The translations under genes were made by a program, and so were the position numbers. Shown piece after piece: positions 27,361 to 38,720 of a DNA stretch of 64,000 nucleotides (position 1 is the first letter of the stretch; each line of letters starts with the position of its first letter). The stretch lies in the NCBI RefSeq assembly GCF_030144855.1, contig NC_082739.1, forward strand, positions 23,002,001-23,066,000, in the 5' to 3' direction. Below the pieces are notes generated by a model. The model ran no database searches, was not told the DNA's origin, and was given only the letters and a program-made list of their open reading frames with translations. Source of the DNA: Hypanus sabinus (Eukaryota).

Positions 27361-28599
27361 CGCCAGGCAGAGTATGGGAGTTAATCCAGAGCTGGAGTCC
27401 CTAAGGCAATCCTCTGTTGACTGGCAACTCCTGCAATGCTGCTGGTACCAAACCGTATTGGTCTCTGCCATGAATTTGGATGGATCAGATGCATGGGCAA
27501 CAGCCTGATCTCCATATTGTACAGCCCAGAATTGTGTATTTAGACAGCTAGGATGCAACATTCATGGTCGACCCTGACCGACGGAGGCTTCACTCACTAC
27601 TGAAACCAAGAAGTTTTCAGAAAAATAGAGGTAGCTGTAACCACTAGAAAACTCACTGAACAATTACTTGTATATAGGTGATAATATAAAAGCACAAACA
27701 ATCTTAAGAAAGTTAAACTGCAAGAAAAGTAACAATTCTACAGCTCAATCCAACAGAGTAAAGGAAGTTTAGTATTGGGCTTAACCAACTGTGACCAATT
27801 TTACAATGAAGGCACTGTAGCTGTTCAAATACGTGTAGATAACAAAAAGCAAACACAATCTATGATATCTCATCTTTTAGCCCACCATTAGATAAGACTG
27901 AAGTTGAAATCCTTCACTTAAATTACAGCTTGTAGCTTGAGTTCTTTGCTGTTCCCTGCTTGCTTTTGAAAGAAATGAAGGAGATGTACAGTTGTGATCA
28001 TTATACTGGGAGTCTGGAAAGTGGATGTTGATACAGAAAAATTGAGCAATAGTTCTTCATTCCAAACAATTGCATGCCATTGAAGTGCCACTTCAAGCTT
28101 GAGTCATTGCACAGAAGCAGAATGGATCAGCTCATTTCAATTGATACGAGCTGAAAGGCAGATTGAACCCTACAACAGATGTATGCTGTTATTTCTCTTT
28201 ATTGCCTCTGCCTCATAAAATGTTTCATATTTAATGGCTATCTTCATTTCCTCTTCATGTAGTGCTGCTCCTTCTCATCAGGGTGACTCTCATTTTCAGC
28301 GACTGTGCTTGAAGCTTGTCGTGTCAGTTAATCCTGCAGTTATTTGTGAAGAACAAACTTTGCATTGATGGCTAATCTTTGACACTAATAAGGAAAGCTG
28401 CATTGGAGATGTGTTGTGCATCATTCCCACTGCCAGCGGAAGTGGTAGGTGTGAGATCAGTTGCGACATTTAAGAGAAGTTTGGATGAGTATCTGGGTGA
28501 AAGTGGTGTGGAGTGCTATGGTCCTGGTGCAGGTAGATGGGAATCAGAGTCTGGTTAAATATCACTGGCACGTGTTGTGAAATTTGTTGTCTTTGTTGA

Positions 28600-29035
28600 A
28601 TGCCACCTTTTTGAGGCACTGCTCCTTGAGGATGTCCTGGATACAATAGAGGCTAGTGCCCATGATGGAGCTGACTAAGTTTACAACTTTCTGCACCTTT
28701 TTTCGATCCTGTGCAGTAGCCCGCACCCCTACCCCTATACCAGAAGTTGACATAGCCAGGTGGAATGTTCTCCACGGTACATCTGTAGAACTTCGTGAGT
28801 GTCTTTGGTGACAAACCAAATCTCCACAAACTCCCAATGAAGTACAACCACTGTCGTACCTTCTTTTTAGCTGCATTGATATGTTGGGTCCAGGTTAGAG
28901 CTTCAGAGATGTTGACACCGAGGAACTTGTAATTACTCACTCTCTCCACTTCTGATCCCTCTATGAGGATTGGTTTGTGATTGCTCGTCTTGCCCTTTCT
29001 GAAATCCTCAAACAGTTATTTGGTCTTACTGACAG
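28600..29035 (-). mobile_element. Rex1/Babar-like LINE fragment
   Basis: ORF 28653-28949: ERVSNYKFLGVNISEALTWTQHI..KKVRQWLYF...FYRCTVENI. Confidence 0.8.
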
Positions 29036-29835
29036 GGAATGGATTGAGTATCTCAGAAACTGCTGATTTCCTGGGATTTTCACGCACAACAGGGGCATGG
29101 TAGTGTAGTGATTAGCACAACTCTTTACAATACTAGCGACCCTGGTTCAGTTCCCACCACTGCCTGTAAGGGGTTTGTACATTTTCCCTGTGACCATGTG
29201 GGTTTCCACCGTGTGCTCCGGTTTCCTCACACAGTCCGAAGACGTACTGGTTGGTAGGTAAATTGTCCTGTGACTAGGCTAGGATTAAATTGAATGGTGC
29301 AGTTTGAAGAGCTGGAAGGGTATCTCAATCAATCAATCAGTCAATAAATGGCATTCTCTAAAGTTTACAGAGAATGGAGTGAAAAGCAATAAAAAATCCA
29401 GTGAACAAAAGCGTCTTCTTGTTGAGAGAGTTCAGAAGAGAATGGCCAACTAATTCAAGCTGACAGGAAGATGACAGTAACTTAGATAACCACATGTTGC
29501 AGCATTGGTGGTAGCCTGTCCTTTACTGCTGAGATGACAAAGTGATTTAGAACGCAGTGGGCCAGACAGCATCTTTGGAGGAGAAATGACAGTTGACATT
29601 TCTGGTTGAGACCCTTCATCTGTTCAGTTTTGTTTGGTTACTTAAGATTCAAAGTACATCTATTATCAAAGTATGTATGCAGTATATAACCCTGAAATTA
29701 GTCTTCCCCATGGACAGTCACAAAACAAGGAGGAACCAAGGAACTAGCTCCCCTCTTCCCCGATTCAAATTTTGCCTAAAAGTAGTAACAAAAAAAGTGT
29801 GACCATAACTAGAGCTGGAACTAGAACTAAAGAAT

Positions 29836-30640
29836 AAACTCTTCTCGGGCTTCCAGCTGGGAACAGGTATTGATTATAATCAATGTTTCAATGACACACT
29901 CTGGGATGACGCCTGGGCATGTCGAGTCTGGTGGTATTTATACCCCCATAGTCCTCCCTCCTGATTGGTTAGTCCTCATCCAATCAAGTTTCTGCTCTCC
30001 CACCTTGTTTACAATTGAATTCCAGTTCTTACTTAGAATGAGACCTTCGTCTTTGTTAAAATTCACTTCAGTGGTTTCCTTTACCATCATAAACCCATAA
30101 GGAAGCTCAAATCGCAGCTTATGTGGGTCAAAGATGACCTGGGACTCAGGTTGGCTGGCGCTTATAGGATTTCCTTGTGAATGCAGAGCAGCATATATTG
30201 GCCTTGATGGGAAACCCCCACCAAGGAGCACAGGAGGTGTATCTGTTTAGGTTACCCAGAGAAATGGACAGGAGTAGAACATTGCATTTGCAATGGCCAT
30301 AGGATTGACTTCAACTGCACAAGACTACAATGACACACTAATGGCTTTTGAGACCACCTGGTAAAGGAAGCCATTGAAATAAAACTAGAGGAAAAGAATT
30401 TTAACAAAGATGAAAGTCTCATTCTCAGTAAAAACTGGAATTCAATTGTAAACAAGGTGGGAGAGTGGAAACCTGATTGGATGAGGACTAACCAATCAGG
30501 AAGAACAGACTAAGGGGGTATAAGTACCATCAGATTAGATATGCCCAGGCATCATTGCTGACAAATATGGCACAGTTTGTCATCAAAATGTTGGGTAAAT
30601 CAATATCTGTACCCGGCTGGAAGCCCAAGAAGAGTTTATT
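29836..30640 (+). mobile_element. Penelope-like element with a GIY-YIG remnant and inverted terminal repeat
   Basis: AAYIG...KEHRRCI...EHC..NGHRIDF...LVKEAIEIKLEEKNFNKDE remnant; 29836-30086 is an inverted copy of about 30359-30637. Confidence 0.85.
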
Positions 30641-31734
30641 TGTCATATAAATCCAGGAAAGCACTAGATCCTATAACATGAACACATCATAAACCTGAAT
30701 TGGAGTCCAGATCTACAATCCGCTTTGATTAAACCTTGTTCCTGCACCATCCACTGACAGCATCAAGGGAGAGAGAGATTACTCAAAGGCAAGGATTCTT
30801 CTTCGGGAGCAGTGGGTGAGAGGCTGAACACTCACTCACCCTCCCCACCTGCCTCGATGATTTCAATCTTCCTTGGTGCTTTAAATGTTGAGATTGTTGA
30901 GAGATGGAGTTGATCATGGGCTTGTGCCCTGTCTCCTGGTTTCCTGGTCACAGCCTCGTGGAACAGTCTCGGAGACAGCAAAGCACCAGATTGGCCCAAA
31001 ATTACACCGCCAGAATGTAGATAACAGGCTCTAACAGTAGCATAACCATATCTGAAATTTGAAAAAAACGTAAAAGAAGTGAAAGGAAAGGAATTGCTTC
31101 ATGAACCATCTTTAGATGTCGCCTTTGGCTGGTGCCATCTTTACAACCTTCCTATGAGTGTTTCTCACATGTACTGCATTTGGTTACAGTCCATGATAGC
31201 AGCCATCTTCTTTGCTCCATGGATTGGTGCAGATGCATCGTTAATCATTATGCTTAAGAGATTAGGAGGTCTGCTTATCAAAACTTTCTTTTAATTTTCC
31301 CTGCACAAGAGACAAATGAAATGCTGTTATGGTTAAACTATAATGTGCAGGGAGAGTTAATCTAATCAGATACTTTAATTGAAATGGAAAATTTAAAAAC
31401 AAATTAAATCTGAAACAAGTAGATTTTTTGCTGCAGGGTTTTGATAGAAAAACAAAAGCAAAATTAATATCAGTGATAATTCGCATGCTTTACAGATGTA
31501 CAGACCTAGCTTCAGGCTGTACAGATTAAATGTGTGTCTGTATCAGTGCAACTTATCTGCTTGTAAAAGTGCTTCATTTGAATTATTTGAAATTGAGCAA
31601 TCTGTTCAACTAAACAGACAAGTAAGCTCTGTATTGTTGATTAAATATTTTATCTTCAATTATGATCGATGTGGAGACCATGACAGCTCTGAATCAAGCA
31701 TTGCACTGAAAGGAAGGGCGATTCCAATAAAGAG

Positions 31735-32315
31735 AAACTCACTCAAAATGCTAGAGGAACTTAACAGGTCGGGCAGCATCTATGGAAATGAATAAACAGT
31801 CGATGTTTCGGGCTGAGACCCTTCATCATGACTGGGAAGGGAAGGGGGTAGATGCTAGAACAAATACGACAAATACGTAGGGAGAAGAGAAGGACTACAA
31901 TCTCAAAAGTGATAGGTGAAGCCAGGTGAGTTGGAGAGAGGGTATGAAGTAAGAAGCTGGGAGGTGATAGGTAGAAAATGCAAAGGGTTGGAGAAGAAGG
32001 AATCTGATTGGGGCGGAGGGTGGACCATGGGTGAAAGGGAAGGAGGGATACCAGGAGGAGGTGATAGGCAGGTGAGGAGAAGAGTTAAGAGGACAGAGTA
32101 GGGAAATGAAGAAGAGGGAAGGGAGTAGGAAGGGGGAAGGGAAAAATTACCAGAAGGAGAAATCGATGTTCATGCTATCAGGTTGGAAGATACCTAGACG
32201 GTATATGTTGGCTCCTCCACCCTGAGAGTGGCCTGACTGTGGCAGAAGAGGAGGCCATGAACCAACATGTTGGAACATGAATGTGGATGGGAATTAAGAT
32301 GGTTCGTCACCAGGA
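31735..32315 (-). mobile_element. Penelope-like element 3' end
   Basis: Collinear with 54262-54927: endonuclease C-terminus ..QPDSMNIDF, purine tract, degenerate hammerhead. Confidence 0.8.
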
Positions 32316-33030
32316 AATAAAGAGAGTTGTTTCTGATTCAAAGGTTTGGTAAATTGTGACTGTACGCTTCACTGAACATGGAGAAAGCTGTTTGATTTAA
32401 ATCACTCCCACTATTATTACAGCTGTACTCCTGACTGTTAATCTAATTAGCCAATCATGCAGCAGCAACTCAAAATTTAAAAGTATGAAGAGACATGGTC
32501 AAGAGATTTAGTTGTTCAGACCAAAGATCAGAATGGGGAAGAAATATTATACCTAATAAAATGGCTATTGAGTGTATATTCATGCTGTCTGCCTGATCAG
32601 TAGAAACTATTTTTATGGCTGCTGATTCCATCAAAAGCATCATTCTTTTAGTATACATCTGCACTGTCATATTGATCAAAACAAATTGTTCCTCTGGAAA
32701 ATGGTGTAATGGCAGATAAATCTGTCAGCAAGTACAAGAAATATATCTGATCTCATTAACCAGAAAGTCAGTTACCTATCAGAGGTACGCTGAAAATAAA
32801 TTGTCTGGAAACTGATTCCTGGTCTTCAGCTCTGTAAGCATGACGATATGATGTATTCTTCCCTGGAAAGCTAATTCATTAAACACGAGAGACTGTGCAG
32901 GTATTGGAAATCCAAAGCAACACACAAAGTTCAAAGTACATTTACTATCAAAGTTGATATACAGTAAAAAAAAACTTGAGATTCATCTCCTTGCAGACAG
33001 TCACAAAACAAAGAAACACCATAGAATAAA

Positions 33031-33230
33031 AACATAAAATGCTGGCAGAACTCAGCAGGCCAGGCAGCATCTATGGGAGGAGGTAGTGACGACGTTTCGG
33101 GCCAAAACCCTTCATCAGGAGCGTTGATGAAGTGTTACCTCCTCCCATAGATGCTGTCTGGCCTGCTGAGTTCTGCCAGCATTTTATGTTTTTTTTATTT
33201 CCGGCATCTGCAGATTCACTCGTGTTGCCT
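33031..33230. mobile_element. Palindromic Penelope-derived repeat
   Basis: Arms 33031-33084 and 33137-33190 are near-perfect inverted repeats; the loop carries a minus-strand hammerhead core. Related copies at about 33385-33605, 51148-51905 (split), 52562-52690, 55667-56080 (split) and 58318-58520. Confidence 0.8.
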
Positions 33231-34137
33231 TTGGAAACACCATAGAACCTGTTTAAAGAAAACCCCATGCAACAAAGCCATCAAACTTGCAAAAAAAAGA
33301 ACAAGTTGCACAAACAGCAAAAAGCGAACAAAAACCACTAAACAATTAAACATCAATTTGCAGAATCCTCAAAAGAGAGTCTACAACTAGAGGAATTCAT
33401 CAAGTTAGACAGCATCCATGGAGAGGAAAAAACAGTTAATGTTTCAGACCGAGACCTATCATTCCTTCCCCCCATCTCTTCTGGTTTTTGCCCCCTTCCT
33501 ATCCAGTCCTAACACACGGTCTCAGCTGAAACATCGGCTGTTTGTTCCTCTCTATAGATGCTGCCTGACCCGCTGAATTAGACCCTCCAGTTATTGTGTG
33601 TGCATTGTTCCATAGGATCACCTAACTAGCAATGAATTCCAGGCAAATTTGCTTAACTTGATGAGTTGAATGTTGAATTTGATAATAGGATAAGATGAAG
33701 GGATCGAGCTGTAAAGAGGTGCTGGAAGACCATTGGATGGCAGGCCCTTCCTCGGTCTACTTCTGTTTTTAGTTCTTGCCTTGTTAAATAGGCCTTATTA
33801 GAGCAGCATAGTTGTTCATCTCAAAAAAAGGAGTGTTTGTGTGTGTGTGTTCGTTTTACAAGTTGTTTGTCTTTAACACAGCTGCAGTGGCAGTTTGAGA
33901 GGAACATGTGAAGGCCTTGTTTCTCACTGTGAAGTTGACCTTGCACTCTGTGTTGTAAACATTCTTTTGATCAGTTGCTGCAGAAGTGTGCAGGCAAGTA
34001 CTTACCCCTGCTTGTTGAAGCATATGTTTTACGTTGGAGATGATACCTTCATCTGTAGTAGTGTTCTTGTCTGGGTTTCATGAACCATTTCAACTTTTAC
34101 AGTTATTTTATTTTTCCCATTGCCTTTCTTTCTGTAG

Positions 34138-34179
34138 CCACTCTTCTTTCATCTCTTTTCCCACTGCTCGATTTGTCCA
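34138..34179 (+). CDS. ncam1: Candidate 42-nt alternative exon (MSD1c/12C equivalent)
   Basis: ttgcctttctttctgtag|CCACTCTT...TTGTCCA|gtgagt. Exactly 42 nt, the size of amniote MSD1c; open in phase 1 ((A)TLLSSLFPLLDLS) and ends in A. TGCATG lies 12 nt downstream (34191-34196). Confidence 0.7.
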
Positions 34180-35029
34180 GTGAGTATACTTGCATGCAGA
34201 TGAACACCATCCTGGGAGCTGATAACTCCAGCTCATTCAATTGTTCTTGAAGATTGGGCTTAGCTAACCTTACAGATAGTAGACCCTGACATTTGGATTT
34301 ATTTGAAGCTATTTGTGTTTGCAAAATTGAAAATACAGTGTGAAGTGTGATAGCATGATTAGATACCTTAATATTGTTAAAAGTGGATTTTTAATCTACA
34401 ATGATTTCTCAGCATGATGTCAGTCTCAGCTTACCGCTGAGGCACTGAAGAGGAGGTTGTTTAATCTCCATGCATTTTCGTTAGTCTATAATTAGCTATA
34501 TGTATAACCATTTCTGGTTCAAGCTTGCATGATTTATTAACCAGCGTTTACCAATAGCACTGCACAACCATTTAACACCCTGGATGAGTGTTTGCTAAGG
34601 ACTATTCTGTTTGCATTGTGTTGTGTTGCCATGGAATTCCATTCCATAAGGTCTAGGAGCACAATTAGGTCATTTGGCCTATTCCTTTTATACAGTCTAG
34701 AAGAAATAACATGGCTAAAAGTTCAACTAATTTCAACTGAAGGATATCCACCAGTTATACTGGGACCATTGGTTGGTACAGAAACTGGAACTTAAGATTT
34801 TGTGTTGGTTCTTGAGGCTTTATTATTTCAAATAAAATAAGTTTTGGAGATTACCTTGATCTCATAGGAACAAGTTGTATTAAAATTAAAAATTTACAGA
34901 GGCTTTTTTCCAGGCAGAGCTCCACAGCTACAGAAGTAGAGCCGTTTCATTACAAACATGTTTAATTTTCAAAAACATTTTTTTATGTTACCTTGGATGC
35001 AAAAAAAACTTGTAAATGTATCAACACTA

Positions 35030-36750
35030 AATATAAGAGATTGTGCAGATGCTGAAAATCCAGAATAACACACACAAAATGCTAGAGGAACTCAGCAGGT
35101 CAGACAGCATCTGTGGTGAGGAATAAACAGTCAGGCTGAGACCCTCCATCAGGACTGGAAAGGAAGACTAAAATGCCAAAAGAAGAAGGTGCAGGGAGGG
35201 GGAAAGAGGACAAAGTAGGTGGTACTACTTTGGTCAGGGGGAGGGTGGGATGAAGTAAGAAGCTGGGAAGTGTTAGGTGGAACGGGGATGTGCTGCTGAG
35301 GTTTTATAAGGCACTGATGAGGCCTCACCTTGAGTATTGTGAACAGTTTGGGTTCCTCGTCTAAAAAAAGATGTGCTAGCATTGGAGAGAGTTCAGAGGA
35401 GGTTCACAAGGATAATTCTGGGAATGAAAGGGTTATCATACGAGGAACGTTTGATAGCTCTGGGTCTGTACTTGCAGAAATTTAAAAGGATGGGGGTGGG
35501 GGGAATCTCATTAAAACCTTTCGAATGTTGAAAGGCCTAGACAGAGTAGATGTGGAAAGGATGTTTCCCATGGTGTAGGAGTCTTAAGACAAGTCGGTAC
35601 AGCCTCTGGATAGAGGGGTTTCCATTTAAAACAAAGATGCAGAGAAATTTCTTGAACCAGAGGATGGTGAATTTGTGGAATTCGTTAACACAGGCTGCTG
35701 TGGAGGATGTATCAAGGCAGAGATTGATAGGATTTTGATTGGACGCGGCATCAAAGGTCTTTTAAGAGACTCCTGGGTAGGTTCATGGAGCTTAGAAAAA
35801 TAGAGGGCTATGGGTAACCCTAGGTAATTTCTAAAGTACGTACATGTTTGGCACAGCATTGTGGGCTGAAGGGCCTGTATTGTGCTGTAGGTTTTCTATG
35901 TTTCAATGTTATGGGGAGAAGGCTAGGGAGTGGGGCTGAGGAGGGTAAAAAAGGATCAGTCATGTTTGAATGGCGGAGCAGACTCGATGGGCCAAATGGC
36001 CAAATTCTGCTCCTCTGACTTATGATCTAAATGTTTCACGTATGAAATTTGGAAGTGCCTCTACAAGCAGACCTGGAAATGGCAACCAGAGTTATGCTGT
36101 TTAGCCTGCTCTCTCTTTGTTTCTTTATACCTGAGACGGATATACCTTCTGCATAGGCTTCTATTTTTCTTTCATCCACATGCACAGTAGCGTAGTGGTT
36201 AGCACAATGCTTTACAGTTCCATTGATCCAGGTTCAATTCCCACTGCTGCCTTCTCCCCATGACTCTGTGGGTTTTCTCTGGTGCTCCGGTTTCCTCCCC
36301 AGTCCAAAGGTTGGTAGGTTAATTGGTCATTGTAAATTTTGTGTGATTAGGCTAGGATTAACCTGGGGATTAATGGGCAGCGTGGCTTGTGGGTCCGGAA
36401 GGTGAAAGAGATAAAGGGCTGGAGAGGGGGAATCTGATAAGAGAGTGAAGAAGACCATGGAAGAAAGGGAAAGAGGAGGAGAACCAAAAGGAGGTGATGG
36501 GCAGGTAAGGAGATAAGGTGAGAAAGGGAAATCAGTCTGCTGAAACTGAAAAGAAACTCACAATTATTGAAGAAATTATTCTCTTATGTTTGGGCCTGCC
36601 AAAATAGACATAATGAGCAGTTCTGATGAAGGGTCTCAGCCTGAAACAGCAGCTGTTTATTCCACTTCATGGATACTGCCTGACCCGCTGTGTTCCTTCA
36701 GCATTTTCTGTATGTTGCTCTGGATTTCCAGTGTCTACAGAATCTCTTGT
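35030..36750. mobile_element. Nested cluster: Penelope fragments interrupted by CR1 (about 35284-36030, +) and an HE1 SINE
   Basis: The Penelope purine tract breaks near 35280 and a matching tract resumes near 36405; the CR1 RT C-terminus lies between. Confidence 0.7.
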
Positions 36751-37000
36751 ACTTCTGATAGACAGTTCCCAGAAAAGCAAGGAAAAACAGCGGTCTATGA
36801 TGTTTACACAACAGCCCAACATTAGAGAAATTGCACAATACAGTCTTTACCCCCCCCCCCACCACTGGTACGTACGTACACACACACATCCCGCCCCCCA
36901 CCGAGTGCCATTAACTTATTTTACTGCCTTAGTGGTACATTAGCTATAAAATCTGGTGTACAAATCAAATCCATGTGCTGTTATTTATGTTCCATTAAAG

Positions 37001-37080
37001 CAGATGTTCCCAACCGTTTTTATGCCGTGCGCCACTACCATTAACCAAGGGGTCCTCAGACCCCATTTTGGGAACACCTG
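37001..37080. mobile_element. 80-bp hAT MITE
   Basis: TIRs cagatgttcccaa / ttgggaacacctg; 8-bp TSD cattaaag / cactaaag. Confidence 0.8.
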
Positions 37081-37353
37081 CACTAAAGCAACTTTAATGA
37101 CGATGCAGTATAGAAGAAAAAATATGGAAGCCATTTATGCCCTGTTTCATTTACAATCCTCTTTTCGTTGCATGCACTAACTTCCTCTGAAGATGTCGTC
37201 ATGTCATTCCTCTAAAGGTCTACTCTTTTCAGCTCGAGTATTTTACTCACATTTTCTGGCATCCTCTAGTCATAGAGTCATAGAAAAGTACAGAACAGAA
37301 ATAGGCCCTTTGGCACACCTAGTCCATGCTGAGACCATTTAAACTGCCTAGTC

Positions 37354-38720
37354 CAGGGGTCAGCAACCTTTACCACTGAAAGAGCCACTTGGACCCGTTT
37401 CCCACAGAAAAGAAAACACTGGGAGCCGCAAAACCCGTTTGACATTTAAAATGAAATAACACTGCATACAACGTTTTGTTTTGCCTTTATGCTATGTATA
37501 AACAAACTATAATGTGTTGCATTTATGAAATTGATGAGCTCCTGCAGAGAAAACGAAATTATATTTCTGCATGCAACAAAAACATTTTGAACTCCGAAAA
37601 TAAGATGTTGGGTTGAAGGTTACTTTTAAGTAAAATACTCAACGTCTATTTGAGTCCTTCTTGTGTTTATGAAAAACGCTAAACTTAAATTTGCCGCCAG
37701 CAGCAAACCAAAAATAACGTCAGCCAGCTGTCAACCTGAAAAATAAAAGGACTATTTCACTGAACAATGAAAACATATGAATATATGTAAAATAATAGGC
37801 AATTAAAATATTTATCATACTTGGTCAGGTTGACTCACACCTGACAATGCAGTCGTATTCGGTAGGGATGGATCGATGCTTAGGGGAGTGACCGGGAAGG
37901 ATAATGTGTTTTTTTCCTCTCTGAACTCACAGAAGCGTTTCCCAAACGATGTTTGCATTGCGATGATTGCAGAATGTAAATACTCCGAATTTATCATGTC
38001 GTGACCTTGTTTGAACTCTCTCAAATTGGGGAAGTGAGACAATGTGCCTTTCTGTAAATCTCTGGCAAGCACTGTCAACTTGCGCTCGAATGCCAAAACA
38101 TCCTCCAACATGTGTAGGGCTGTAAGTCCTTACCCCTGAAGAGCTGTGTTCAGCGTGTTCAGGTGCGCTGTCATGTCTACCATGAAGTGTAGCTTTTCCA
38201 GCCACTCTGGCTGTTCCAGCTCAGGAAAGATGAGCCCTTTGCTGCCCAGGAAAGTTTTCACTTCTTCCAGACACGCGACAAAGCATTTCAGCACCTCCCC
38301 TCTGGACAGCCAGCGATAAAAACACGCTGTAGCGGTGTGCTCACGCAGTCAGTAAACTGCAGTCGAATAACTTTATTCGAACTAAACAGCCTTGCTTTTA
38401 AGCCTCCCTCAACCCAGCCCCCATGGACGCAGATGCTGCAAAAGACGCGTACTCACAAACCCCCGTAGGCTATCTCCCTTAGCTGGAATGCTGGCTAATT
38501 GTGAGCCGTTTCGGATGTGCCAGGAAATGTGTCGCCACACTTAGATTGTACAAGATCACCATAATCTTCAAATTTAGAATTACATTTCAAAAGCTAACAA
38601 ACTAACATAAAATACATTTTAATTAAATACTGACCAATTATTTCCCAAAGCCACAGGGAGCCGCAGCACAGAGGTGAAAGAGCCACAAATGGTTCGGGAG
38701 CCGCGGGTTGCCGACCCCCG
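37354..38720 (-). mobile_element. Internally deleted hAT (Buster/Charlie-type) transposon inserted into a CR1 fragment (about 37270-39098)
   Basis: Exact 8-bp TSD GCCTAGTC; TIRs CAGGGGTCAGCAACC / GGTTGCCGACCCCCG. Transposase piece RWLSRGEVLKCF...LHFMVDMTAHLNTLNTALQG and ORF 37815-38111. Confidence 0.93.

Noticed and set aside
28263-28282. Microexon-like catgtag|20 nt|gtgact
   Set aside because: 20 nt would shift the frame and the donor is weak. It could only be a poison exon, with no further support.
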